A DNA stretch of 64,000 bases. Source: Vulcanimicrobiota bacterium (GTDB lineage Bacteria > Vulcanimicrobiota > Vulcanimicrobiia > Vulcanimicrobiales > Vulcanimicrobiaceae). The stretch's first letter is position 1. Each line of letters starts with the position of its first letter. A model generated the notes under the pieces. The model did not search any database and was not told the DNA's origin. It saw only the letters and a program-made list of their open reading frames with translations. The DNA lies in the NCBI GenBank assembly GCA_963714015.1, contig OY970223.1:576001-640000 (forward strand). Direction: 5' to 3'. Shown here piece by piece: positions 1 to 10,333 of the stretch. The translations under genes and the position numbers were made by a program.

Positions 1-404
1 TACCGACTGCGATTGCGTTGCTGCGTCCCGAAGGCTTAGCGACGTTGAGCAACAACGGGCCTCACGGTTTTTCTGAAATCTTGTACGCATTCACGTCGAC
101 GAATGCGAACAACGGCAGCGCCTTCGCAGGCCTTGGTCCCAATCTGTTTTACAACATCGCCACGGGGACGAATATGTTCTTCGGACGGTTCGCCGCGGCC
201 ATTCCTGCGCTGGCGCTCGCCGGTGCGCTGGCCGGAAAGAAAGCTGCCCCGGAAGGGCCTGGGACTTTCACTACCTATTCGCCGATCTTCGTAGCGCTGA
301 TGCTGGGCACCATTTTGATCGTCGGAGCTTTGACGTTCTTCCCCGCCGACGCGCTCGGCCCCATTGTCGAACATCTGCTCAATTTGCAAGGCAAGACGTT
401 CTGA
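1..404 (+). CDS. kdpA: Potassium-transporting ATPase subunit A (3' part, truncated by window edge)
   Basis: GPHGFSEILYAFTSTNANNGSAFAGL and GALTFFP..LGPIVEHL C-terminal KdpA motifs; lies upstream of kdpB. Confidence 0.95.
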   Translation, partial: PTAIALLRPEGLATLSNNGPHGFSEILYAFTSTNANNGSAFAGLGPNLFYNIATGTNMFFGRFAAAIPALALAGALAGKKAAPEGPGTFTTYSPIFVALMLGTILIVGALTFFPADALGPIVEHLLNLQGKTF

Positions 405-479
405 ACAGGCGTATCCGCGCTACGCGCTGCGCCCGTCACCATCGTCATAAAGATTTCCGCCAAGAAAAGACGTTTTGAT

Positions 480-2538
480 ATGCTTTCGCAACGCCGGCTG
501 GAGCGCCGCGCCAAAGGCCGTTCGCTGTTTGACTGGGAGATCGTCGGCAGAGCCGCCGTCGACTCGTTCAGAAAACTGGATCCGCGCTGGCAAGCGCGCA
601 ATCCGGTCATGTTCGTCGTCGAAATCGGTTCGATCGTAACGTCCGGTTATTTCATCGGAGACCTGCTCACGCATGGGAGTCAGGCCGGTTTCGATTTCGC
701 CATTGCTGCGTGGCTTTGGTTTACCGTCCTCTTTGCAAACTTCGCCGAAGCGGTAGCCGAGGGCCGCGGTAAAGCGCAAGCCGATCACCTGCGTCGCACG
801 AAGTCCGACACTATCGCGAAAAAGCTCGACGGCTACGGAAACATCTTCCCGATTCCCTCGACCGCACTCCGTAAGGGGGATACCGTGCAGGTTGACGCAG
901 GCGAGCTGATCCCTGCGGACGGCGACGTCATCAAAGGCGCCGCTGCCGTGGACGAGTCGGCAATTACAGGCGAATCCGCGCCGGTTATTCGCGAGTCCGG
1001 CGGAGATCGCAGCGCTGTAACCGGCGGCACTCGCGTTCTTTCGGACCAAATCGTCGTCAAGGTGACCACTAACCCGGGTGATAGCTTCCTGGATCGAATG
1101 ATCGCTCTCGTTGAAGGCTCGCAGCGCCGGAAAACTCCGAACGAGATCGCGCTCTCGATTTTGCTCTCGGGCTTGACAATCGTCTTTTTGATCGCGGTTG
1201 CCACTTTGGGTCCGTTCTCACTTTACGCCGGCGCGAAGCAGTCGCTCGTCGTACTAATCGCACTTCTGGTCTGTTTGATTCCCACGACCATCGGCGGACT
1301 GCTCTCCGCAATAGGCATTGCCGGCATGGATCGAGTCATGCAGCGCAATGTGCTTGCGATGAGCGGACGCGCAGTTGAGGCTGCCGGAGACGTCGACACG
1401 CTGCTGCTGGACAAGACCGGAACTATTACGCTGGGCAACCGCCAAGCCGTGGAGATCGTTGCGGCGGGCGGGGATCGATCCCAAGGACGCAACGCGGGTT
1501 GCTTTGATGTCGTCGATTCCGGACGAAACGCCCGAAGGCCGTTCAATCGTTGCACTGGCGCAGCGGAGCGGCGTCAATGGCGAAGTGCAATTGCCGCGAG
1601 GATCCAATTTCGTACCGTTCAGCGCGTACACGCGGATGAGCGGAGTCGACATGAACGGCACGCAAATCCGCAAAGGGGCTCCGGACGCAGTGCTCAATTG
1701 GGTTCGCGAGAACGGCGGCACTCCGGCAACGGAACTGGCGCAGACGGTCGAGCGCATCGCGCGAAGCGGCGGCACGCCGCTCCTTCTGGCGCGCGACAAG
1801 GTGGTGCTGGGGGCGATTCATCTCAAAGACATTTTGAAACCCAATATGGCGCAGCGCTTCGATAGGCTGCGCGCAATGGGCATCCGCGCGGTGATGATCA
1901 CCGGCGACAATCCGCTCACGGCGGCCGCTATAGCCAAAGAGGCCGGGGTGGACGATTTCCTAGCCGAGGCGACGCCGGAAACAAAGATGGATCTCATCAA
2001 ACGAGAACAGGCCTCAGGGCGGCTCGTGGCCATGACGGGTGACGGAACGAACGATGCGCCGGCGCTCGCGCAAGCCGACGTGGGCGTCGCAATGAACTCC
2101 GGAACGCAGGCCGCCAAAGAAGCGGCAAACATGGTCGATCTCGACTCGGACCCCACCAAATTAATCGAGGTCGTCGAGATCGGCAAACAGTTGCTGATGA
2201 CGCGAGGGGCGCTGACCACGTTCTCGATCGCCAACGACGTCGCCAAATATTTCGCTATTCTTCCGGCGATGTTTGCGACAGCCTATCCCGCTATGAACGT
2301 CTTGAACGTCATGCGCCTGAGCACTCCGCAGAGCGCGATTCTCTCCGCCGTCATTTTCAATGCGCTGATTATCGTTGCGCTAATTCCGCTTGCGCTCAGA
2401 GGCGTCCGGTACCGGCCTCGGGGCGCCGGCGCCGTGCTGCTGGAGAACGTGATGGTGTACGGCGTGGGAGGCATCATCGTACCGTTCATCGGTATCAAAC
2501 TCATCGATCTCATTCTCGCCGGTCTGCATCTCACGTAG
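480..2538 (+). CDS. kdpB: Potassium-transporting P-type ATPase subunit B (one +1 frameshift at about 1470-1473)
   Basis: NPVMF, TGES, DKTGT in ORF 480..1865; [38 protein letters not shown] in ORF 1375..2538; removing one G from the GGGG run joins the frames. Confidence 0.95.
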
Positions 2539-2546
2539 GATTCGAC

Positions 2547-3116
2547 ATGATTAAGTATTTCGGCACGTCGATACGCATGACCATCGTCAGCATAGTTCTT
2601 CTAGGCCTCATCTATCCGTTCGTCATGACGGGAATAGCGCAACTGATCTTTCCGAACCAGGCCAACGGCTCACTCGTACGCGTTAACGGACGAGTGGTTG
2701 GTTCAGATCTTGTCGGCCAGCTCTGGACGAAGCCTCAGTATTTTCATGGACGTCCTTCAGCGGCCGGAAAAGGCTACGATCCAACGCAGACCGGCGGCAC
2801 GAACCTCGGCCCGACGTCCAAGAAATTGATCGACGCCACCAAAGCCGCTATCGCACATGTCGAAGAAGAGAATCCGTCACAGAGCGGTCCGCCGCCGATG
2901 GATCTGGTAACCTCGAGCGCGAGCGGAATCGATCCGGACATCTCTCCCGAAGGCGCATATTATCAAGCCGCGCGCGTGGCAAAAGCCCGCGGCATTCCGA
3001 TCGGCCGAGTGGACGCCCTCATTGCAACGCACATGCATGGCCGCACGCTCGGCTTCCTCGGCGAACCGCGAGTCAACGTCATGGACTTGAACCTTTCGCT
3101 GGACCGCCTTCGCTGA
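2547..3116 (+). CDS. kdpC: Potassium-transporting ATPase subunit C
   Basis: N-terminal TM, QANGSL, YFHGRPSA, TSSASGIDPDIS, GFLGEPRVNV motifs. Confidence 0.95.
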   Translation: MIKYFGTSIRMTIVSIVLLGLIYPFVMTGIAQLIFPNQANGSLVRVNGRVVGSDLVGQLWTKPQYFHGRPSAAGKGYDPTQTGGTNLGPTSKKLIDATKAAIAHVEEENPSQSGPPPMDLVTSSASGIDPDISPEGAYYQAARVAKARGIPIGRVDALIATHMHGRTLGFLGEPRVNVMDLNLSLDRLR

Positions 3117-3266
3117 AATCGCTCGCGCGCGATGCCCAACGGATTTTGGAGAAAGCTCGCTAACGTTAAAGCCGGAATAATCCAGCCGAACCCGAAACGG
3201 ACGCCATACGCCCGGCGAGGCACCCCCTGAGCGTCTGACGCAGTAAGCCCTCGAAACGTTCTCCAC

Positions 3267-4482
3267 ATGCTATTGCACGTTTTGTTCGCCGCGGCGCTGG
3301 CCGCCGCGCATCCGCAAATCATGGCGAGCGTACCGTACCGCGGGACGTGTGATTTACGTTGGAACGGATGCCGAGCCGCCGGATCATCCCTCGATTGAGT
3401 TCTACGATCCCAAAACGCGCCGCCTCGGAACGCTCGATCGTATCTCGGGTGCGGAATACCGGGCCGCCGAGATGCCGGTGCTCCGGTTCAGCCTTGCAAG
3501 ACCGGCCGTTCGCGTGCTCGAGAGGCGCGTGACGTTGGGCCACGGTGCCGCACGTTTCGGCGGGTCGCTGTGGTACGCTGCACATGCGCGCCAACGCGCG
3601 ACCATGGTTTTGATCCAAGGCGCCGATGATTCCACCCGGCTGATGGGCTTTTTGATTCCGTATTTCGTTTCGCGCGGTTTGAACGTGGTAACGTACGATC
3701 AGCGAGGTACCGGCGTTTCCGCGGGCAATTGGCGCTACACGGGGCCGGAGTCGAAGGCGGCAGATGTGGTGGCGCTCCTGAACGCGATTAAGGACGACCC
3801 GACTGTCGACAGCCGGCGAATCGGCGCGTGGGCCGCGAGTAACGGCGGCTGGGTTGCGCCGATCGTCGCGCACCGCTTTCCGCTCGCGTTTCTGATTCTG
3901 AAAAGTGCTCCCAGCGGCACGATTGCCGAAAACGTGCAGTACGAGATCGAGCAGCAGCTTCGCGAAAACGGCCGGTTCACGACGCAGCAGATCGACGACG
4001 CGATGGCCTTTGAAGGTACGATTTTCAATGCCCTGCAGAGAAATTCCGGATGGGAGGGCGCAGCGAAAGCACTCGAGGCGGCGCGTTCGCAGCCGTGGTT
4101 TTCGTACATGCGCATTCCCCCCGGCTTTACGGCGCCGCCCGTGCCGCCGCTTCTCGCCATGCTTCGGGCCTCGTTGATCTACGATCCCGCGGCAGAGCTG
4201 AATAAACTGCGCGTGCCCACGCTGGCGATATTCGGTGCGCTGGACAAGAACGTCGACGCGGAGCGGAGCGCGGCCCGTCTGCGTGCGGCGTTCCGGCAAT
4301 CCGGGGAGCGCGACCTGACGATCGTTACCTTCCCGAACGCCGGGCACTTTCTCGTTGCGTCCTCCACCGGTTACGAGGACCGGCCGTTGCTTCCGGTGCG
4401 CTACGTGGGCTATCCGGAGGAAATGATCCGGTGGCTCTCAGATCGCCATTTCTGCACCGCGAGCGTTACCGCGCAGCAATAA
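3267..4482 (+). CDS. Secreted alpha/beta-fold hydrolase (signal peptide is out of frame; +1 frameshift near 3330)
   Basis: YDQRGTGVS, nucleophile-like AASNGG, GALDKNV, NAGH; ATG 3267 encodes MLLHVLFAAALAAAHPQ, and deleting G3330 fuses it to ORF 3349..4482. Confidence 0.75.
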
Positions 4483-4594
4483 GCCGCAACTACGGAGGAC
4501 GCGACTCCGCGCACCCTTGTCTGCATTTTGCGGCGATGCAGCGGCCGTAGCTTTTGCTACGGCAAGGATCGCACCGCCGCGTTACTATCGAGCC

Positions 4595-5164
4595 ATGATT
4601 GCATCGACGATTACAGATCTCTGGCTCGCATTCTTCGCATTCTGGCTCGCGGCAGGTTTGTACACGCGCCTGACGAGAAAATCGGCGGTCCGCGGCGAGA
4701 GCGTGCTAAGCACCGTTTTGCAATGGAGCTTCTACGGAGCCGCCGTGCAATTGGCGCTGTTTACCGACTACGCCGTTTTACAGCGTCCCCTCTTCACCGC
4801 GCCGGCTGCCTTCGCGTGGGTCGGGGTCGGTGTCCTCATCGCATCGCTCGGCTCAGCCGTCTGGGCGCGCATCCTGCTCGGCCGAAATTGGAGCGGCACG
4901 ATTCAACGCGTCGCGGCGCACGTGCTCGTCGTTTCGGGGCCGTACCGGCTCGTTCGTAACCCGATCTACGGCGGAATCCTTGCCGGTTTTTACGGAACCG
5001 TCATCGCACACCCAACCATCGGATCCTTGTGCGGATTCTGCGCGCTGCTGGCGTTCTATCTTTGGAAGGTCCCGGCGGAGACAAGGTTTCTGGAGAGCCA
5101 GTTCGGCGAGGAGTACCGACAGTACGAACGGTCGACTTGGGCACTCTTTCCGTACGTCTACTGA
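4595..5164 (+). CDS. Isoprenylcysteine carboxyl methyltransferase (ICMT/PEMT) family membrane protein
   Basis: LGRNWS, LVVSGPYRLVRNPIYGG, E..FL..FGEEY..Y motifs; hydrophobic helices. Confidence 0.85.
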   Translation: MIASTITDLWLAFFAFWLAAGLYTRLTRKSAVRGESVLSTVLQWSFYGAAVQLALFTDYAVLQRPLFTAPAAFAWVGVGVLIASLGSAVWARILLGRNWSGTIQRVAAHVLVVSGPYRLVRNPIYGGILAGFYGTVIAHPTIGSLCGFCALLAFYLWKVPAETRFLESQFGEEYRQYERSTWALFPYVY

Positions 5165-5832
5165 AGCGACGCGATGCGTGCTAATTTCGACGGGTCCGTC
5201 ACGGTAAGGTAGCCTCCGCTGCTCGCGACGATCCGCTCCTCGCGGAGCTCGCCCAGCGTGCGCGCGACGCTTTCGCGCAGCGAACCCACCGCGTCCGCCA
5301 GTTGCTGCTGCGTGACGCGGGCGCGCAACCCGCCTTCCGATGGCTGGGCGAACGCGAGAATCTGGCGCGCGACGCGCTGACGCAGCGTTGCGAAACTGGC
5401 GAATTCGATCTCGGCCACGGCGAGCCGCAGTTCTCGAGCGAGCTGCTCGACAATCAATAGCGCGGCCGACGCGTCGGTCATCATAACCGCACGTACCACA
5501 TCAGCGTCGACGGCAATAATCCGCGAAGGAATCAGCGTCTGCGCCGACGCTTCGTAAGCGGGGACCATGGCCAGCAAGACGCTGCCGATGAGGTCCGGGC
5601 GCTTCGCGTGAGTCAGCGTCACCTCGCGCCCGTTCGGTGCACTGATAAAGACGCGGAGCAGGCCGCCCGCAATAAGCCCGATACGGTGACGATCGCCGCC
5701 TGCCAGAATGCGCCCCGCCGGCACGGTCACTAAGCGCGCAGTGCGAGCGATCTCGCGCTGGTGCGCCGCGCTCATGCCGCCTAAAATGCTCTCACGAACA
5801 ACTGCCCCAATCACGTCGGCGTCGCTGGGCAT
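5158..5832 (-). CDS. Crp/Fnr family transcriptional regulator
   Basis: cNMP-binding-like region (GLLRVFISAPNGREVTL) and HTH TQQQLADAVGSLRESVARTL. Confidence 0.9.
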   Translation of the reverse strand: MPSDADVIGAVVRESILGGMSAAHQREIARTARLVTVPAGRILAGGDRHRIGLIAGGLLRVFISAPNGREVTLTHAKRPDLIGSVLLAMVPAYEASAQTLIPSRIIAVDADVVRAVMMTDASAALLIVEQLARELRLAVAEIEFASFATLRQRVARQILAFAQPSEGGLRARVTQQQLADAVGSLRESVARTLGELREERIVASSGGYLTVTDPSKLARIASLQ

Positions 5833-5891
5833 GCAAAAAACTACGACGCTTGCAGATAGGTTCCCGGCCTACCGTCAGGAACCGGCATACG

Positions 5892-8051
5892 TCAGTTGGC
5901 GTCGGGCGCGTCTTCGCCGGTTTGGGTAAGACGCAATAAAATGAGCAGTTCTCGAGCCCCGGCATCCAGCAGCCGTTTGGCAAAGGGGCCGCGTTCGAGC
6001 CAACGGGGATTACGGAGCGCGCCGCCTACCGCAACCGTCGTTTCGGGCCGTTCCCGCGCGATCTGGAGCACTTTCGCCGGCTTGTCTTTTGCCGATTCAC
6101 AAATCCAGGTGCCGCGATAACTCTCGGTCTCGCGCTGCAGCCGCTCTAGAATTTGGTCGTCCACGGCTTCGCCTTCGCCCGTTACGCAAATGACCGCGAA
6201 CTCCGTGCCCATACGGCGCGCGATCTTCGAGCAGCGTTGAATGAATGCTGCATCGCTCGAGCGCGGCGCAACCGTCAGCAGGAGGCGCTCGAACGGCGCA
6301 CGCGAGCGCGCGCGATCGCGAGCCGCTATTGCCTCGCGAACCGCGAGCTCCCGCAATGCGCGCAGATTGTTCACGCGAAAGAAGTTGTTCAACGCAGCGT
6401 CGATGCGTTCGGCGGAATAGATCTTGCCTTCACGTAAACGATCGCGCAAAGCTTCGGGCGTGATGTCGATGAGGACGACCTCGTCCGCGAGGGTCAGAAT
6501 CTCGTCGGGAAGGGTTTCGCGCACGTCGGTCCCCGTTAGGCGCAGCACCGAGTCCGTGAGCGCTTCGAGATGCTGAACGTTCAGCGTTGTCAGGACGTCG
6601 ATCCCGGCGCGGAGTATTGCCAATACATCCTCGTACCGCTTATGCGCTTGAAAACCGGGAGCGTTGGTATGCGCTAGCTCGTCCACAAGCACGACCTTGG
6701 GCTTGCGGGCAATGACCGCGTCACGATCGAGCTCTTCATAACGGATACCGCCGGCGGTGACGCGCTTGCGCGGAATTACGTCCAAACCTTCGATCAGCGC
6801 CGCGGTCTCTTTTCGCCCGTGCGTCTCGATATAGCCGGCAACGACGTCGACGTCCTCGCTCCGCAGCTGATGGGCGCGATCGAGCATCGCGTACGTCTTT
6901 CCCGATCCCGCGACCGGACCAAGGAACACCGTGAGCTTTCCGTAGCCCGCGCGCGAGCGATCGCCGAAGACGCGCGCAGTGCGTTCTTCTGCCGGAGCCG
7001 CAGCGGTCAAGAACGTCTGCCCTATTCCCGCGATGAACAGGTCGCGATCCAACCGCTGATTTGCAAGCCTCCTCGCGAGCGCACTATTCGGCACGGCGAC
7101 CAGTGAGGCGCGCAACTCGGCAAAGTTCGCCTTGGGATCATTGAAGTCGCCGGAGAGCACTTCACCGTCGAGGTCGTGGGCGATCGGCTCGACGTCCTCT
7201 ACGGGAATCGCCGGTGGACAATACACGAGAAACTGCAGATCCAGCGCGTGCGCTATCGCGGCGGTTCGTTCGAGGAACGGCTCGATCGGCACGCCCGCAA
7301 GCACGAGTGCCGCGGCGCTCGAGACGGTCCCCGCCGAAACGGCGGGTATCGTCAATTCGTCGATCGTGCGCAGCAGCAACTCGCGCAGCACGTACAGCGT
7401 GCGATCGCTGAACGCGCCGTCCAATGCGCGCTCCACGTCTTGCGCCCGCACGACTTTGCCGGAACGCAGGCGGCTCTTGAGCAAAGCGGGGGAGACGTCC
7501 AGCGCGATAACTTCGTCGGCGGCGCGCAGAAAGGAGCGCGGAACGATCTCACGCACCGGATATCCGAGCGCCGCCTCAGCGACCGGTGCCGCCGTCTCCA
7601 AGTGCGCGATGTTGAACGCGCCGAGCACCGAAATTCCCGCATCGCGTAATGCGAGCGCGTCTTGCCAGCGCTTGGGATGAACCGCGCCGGGAAGATTGTC
7701 GTGTGCCAGCTCGTCCAGAATGACCGCGTCCGGATGCGCCGCGATCGCGGCCCCAAAGTCGAATTCGGGAAAATGCTTCCCTTCGATCTCCGCCATGCGC
7801 TCCGGGATTTGCGGGATGCCGCGCGCAAGCGCCTCCAACTCCGGACGGCCTTTGAAATCGACCCAGCCGATCGCGACCTCTTTACCGCCGGCGCGCATCC
7901 GGCGGGCGTCGTCCAGCAAACGCCGAGTCTTACCCGCGCCGGGAGCGCTGGCAATGTACACCAGAAGGCGGGCGCGAACGCGAAGCTCGTCCAAGTATTC
8001 CGAGGCTTTACGCTTACGCTGTTCTTCCAGGTCCTCGGATCGACGGGCCAT
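5892..8051 (-). CDS. Soluble protein with two tandem KdpD N-terminal sensor domains, each followed by a Usp-like region; no TM or kinase domain
   Basis: Repeat 1 SAPGAGKT...DELAHDN...KRWQD; repeat 2 PVAGSGKTY...DELAHTN...KRYEDV...TTLNVQHLE...NFF..NLRALRELA. Confidence 0.85.
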   Translation of the reverse strand: MARRSEDLEEQRKRKASEYLDELRVRARLLVYIASAPGAGKTRRLLDDARRMRAGGKEVAIGWVDFKGRPELEALARGIPQIPERMAEIEGKHFPEFDFGAAIAAHPDAVILDELAHDNLPGAVHPKRWQDALALRDAGISVLGAFNIAHLETAAPVAEAALGYPVREIVPRSFLRAADEVIALDVSPALLKSRLRSGKVVRAQDVERALDGAFSDRTLYVLRELLLRTIDELTIPAVSAGTVSSAAALVLAGVPIEPFLERTAAIAHALDLQFLVYCPPAIPVEDVEPIAHDLDGEVLSGDFNDPKANFAELRASLVAVPNSALARRLANQRLDRDLFIAGIGQTFLTAAAPAEERTARVFGDRSRAGYGKLTVFLGPVAGSGKTYAMLDRAHQLRSEDVDVVAGYIETHGRKETAALIEGLDVIPRKRVTAGGIRYEELDRDAVIARKPKVVLVDELAHTNAPGFQAHKRYEDVLAILRAGIDVLTTLNVQHLEALTDSVLRLTGTDVRETLPDEILTLADEVVLIDITPEALRDRLREGKIYSAERIDAALNNFFRVNNLRALRELAVREAIAARDRARSRAPFERLLLTVAPRSSDAAFIQRCSKIARRMGTEFAVICVTGEGEAVDDQILERLQRETESYRGTWICESAKDKPAKVLQIARERPETTVAVGGALRNPRWLERGPFAKRLLDAGARELLILLRLTQTGEDAPDAN

Positions 8052-8068
8052 AACTTCACAGTTAAAAC

Positions 8069-9634
8069 ATGGATATCAAACGCCTGCCGTTGATACCGGT
8101 ACTCTGCTACACGCTGCTGCTTATTGCATGGATCGTCGACCTTCTCACGCCGCAGTTGTTCGTAACTGCAATCCTCCTCAACGGCCCGATTGCGCTGAGC
8201 GGATTGGCCCTGAGCCGTCGCCTCACGGCTTCGCTCGTGATTGCCGCCGAGATCGCCAACGTCGTAGCGGGTTTCTTCAACGGTCTGCAGGTCCATCAAT
8301 GGGCGTCCTCGGCGATCGGCGATCGCATTCTGTCGGCGGCGTCGTTTCTGCTGGTGGGCTACCTCACGGCCCGCGCACAAGAATATGCCCGCGACGCGGG
8401 CTCGGCGACGGAACGCGAGCGTATCGCCGCCGGCGAGAAGGCTTTGCGCCGGTCGCTCGAAGCCGTTCGCGCGACACTCAACGTCGAGCTCGTTTTGCGC
8501 GCGATTGCGCGCGAAGGGCAGCGCCTTTTTGATGCGCAGGAAGCGGTCTTGATCGTCCGTTCTTCATCGCTGGACCTGCCGGATTCGTACCGGATCGGCC
8601 GTGAATCGACCGACGTGAAGCTCGGCCGCGCCGCTTTGGATCCCCCGATGGCTTCGATAATCGCGCGAGTAAACGAAGAGGCGCGTCTGATTCGCGAAGG
8701 CGAAGGCGATCCCGTCGGCAATATGCTGCTGGATTCGTACCACGCGAAGTCCGCGCTTTGCGTTCGACTGCGCAGTTCGCAGGACGCCGCCGTACTCTTT
8801 CTCTTCGCGCCGCAGTATTGGCGCAGCGCGGAACGAATGCTTCAGGCCTTTGCCGAGGGCTGTTCGGTAGCGCTGGATCAGGCGCAACTGTTCATGCAGC
8901 TCGGTTATCGCAACGAGCAGGTCGCCGCGCAGCGCGACGCGCTGGAACGCAGCACGCGCGTCATTCGCGATATCGTGTACGCGCTGGCCCACGATTTGCG
9001 GACGCCGCTGGTTGCGACCAACCTGACCATGCAGCAGGCGCTCGAAGGAAAGTACGGACAGCTTCCGGAGCAATACCGCGAGATACTGCGCACGACGCTG
9101 GCCAGCAACCACGACGTTCGACGACTCGTCGACACACTTTTGCTCGTTGCCCGCTTCGAGTCGGGCGAGACCTCGACGCGTTCCGAGCCGGTACGCTTGG
9201 AAGCGCAGGTGGCGCGCGTCCTGGATGAGCTCAAGCCGATTGCGGAAGTGAAAGGCGTGACGCTGCACGCGGACGGCGACCAGGCGACGGTTGACGGAGA
9301 CGACATCGAACTGCGTCGCGCGATCACGAACCTGACGGCGAACGCCATCGAAGCCACGCCAAAGTCAGGAACGGTCGCAGTTCACGTTTCGCAGGCCGAC
9401 GGCGAGGTTCGAGTTGCCGTGGAAGACGACGGCTACGGCGTTCCGCCCGAACGGCGCGCGCAACTGTTCGAACGCTTCGGATCGGTCGATCGAACCGCCG
9501 GAGCGGGGACCGGCCTAGGATTGTACATCGTTCGCCTCATCGCCCAAAAGTACGGGGGGAACGTATCGTATACGCCACGCGAACCGCGCGGAAGCATTTT
9601 CACCATCGCGCTCCCTGCCGGTCAAATCCGATGA
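8069..9634 (+). CDS. Membrane sensor histidine kinase (N-terminal TMs, GAF-like, HisKA, HATPase)
   Basis: H-box AHDLRTPL, N-box NLTANAI, G1 EDDGYG, G2 GTGLGL. Confidence 0.92.
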   Translation: MDIKRLPLIPVLCYTLLLIAWIVDLLTPQLFVTAILLNGPIALSGLALSRRLTASLVIAAEIANVVAGFFNGLQVHQWASSAIGDRILSAASFLLVGYLTARAQEYARDAGSATERERIAAGEKALRRSLEAVRATLNVELVLRAIAREGQRLFDAQEAVLIVRSSSLDLPDSYRIGRESTDVKLGRAALDPPMASIIARVNEEARLIREGEGDPVGNMLLDSYHAKSALCVRLRSSQDAAVLFLFAPQYWRSAERMLQAFAEGCSVALDQAQLFMQLGYRNEQVAAQRDALERSTRVIRDIVYALAHDLRTPLVATNLTMQQALEGKYGQLPEQYREILRTTLASNHDVRRLVDTLLLVARFESGETSTRSEPVRLEAQVARVLDELKPIAEVKGVTLHADGDQATVDGDDIELRRAITNLTANAIEATPKSGTVAVHVSQADGEVRVAVEDDGYGVPPERRAQLFERFGSVDRTAGAGTGLGLYIVRLIAQKYGGNVSYTPREPRGSIFTIALPAGQIR

Positions 9635-10263
9635 ACAAGCCCTCGCGCGTCGTCATCGTCGAAGACCATGCGTTGACGCGCGCAGGTCTGCGCACCTCGC
9701 TGAGCGCCGACTTTAGCGTAGTCGGCGAGGCCCCGGACGGCGCCTCCGGATACGAGGTCATTCTGCGCGAACGGCCCGACGTCGCTGTCATCGACATCGG
9801 GCTGCCGGACGAAGACGGAATCGCATTAACCCAACGCGTGCGCGCGGCGCTGCCGAAGACGCACGTCGTCATCGTGACGATGATCGACTTGGAAGAGCAG
9901 GTGATCGCCGCGCTCGCGGCCGGCGCGGACGCCTACTGTCTAAAGAACAGCGAATCCAAACGAATCGTGGATGCCGTGCGGATAGCGGCAGAGGGGGGCG
10001 CGTATTTCGATCCCCAGATCGCCCACGTCGTGCTGACGCGGTTTTCTCCGCGCGAAGCGTCCGCGCTCGATTCGCCTCTCACCGAGCGCGAGACGGAGAT
10101 CTTGCGACTCATTGCCGAGGGCGCCGGCAACTCGGAGATCGCACAGCGCTTATATATGGGACTGGGGACGGTCAAAGGCCACGTCCGCGATATCATGGAA
10201 AAACTCTCGGCCGCCGATCGGACGCAAGCCGCGGTCGTTGCGCTGCGTAGAGGATATATCTGA
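9631..10263 (+). CDS. NarL/LuxR family response regulator
   Basis: Receiver IVEDH...DIGLP...K; LuxR HTH LTERETEIL...TVKGHV; ATGA overlap with kinase. Confidence 0.93.
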   Translation: MNKPSRVVIVEDHALTRAGLRTSLSADFSVVGEAPDGASGYEVILRERPDVAVIDIGLPDEDGIALTQRVRAALPKTHVVIVTMIDLEEQVIAALAAGADAYCLKNSESKRIVDAVRIAAEGGAYFDPQIAHVVLTRFSPREASALDSPLTERETEILRLIAEGAGNSEIAQRLYMGLGTVKGHVRDIMEKLSAADRTQAAVVALRRGYI

Positions 10264-10294
10264 AAGAGTCCGCTTCCAAAAAATTGAAGGCAGG

Positions 10295-10300
10295 TATAAT
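10295..10300 (+). promoter_or_regulatory. Putative sigma70 -10 box (TATAAT) upstream of MEDS gene
   Basis: Perfect TATAAT in an AT-rich patch about 34 nt before ATG 10334; -35 box not convincing. Confidence 0.4.
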
Positions 10301-10333
10301 GCGAAGGACCGGACTCCTCTCGGTTTCACTACT

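Noticed and set aside
3117..3266. Possible c-di-AMP (ydaO) or c-di-GMP riboswitch after kdpC (GCCGAA, CCG-AAA-CGG, GTAAGC fragments), or a 32-aa ORF
   Set aside because: Core conserved elements are missing, it lies downstream of kdp rather than upstream, and the ORF has no RBS.
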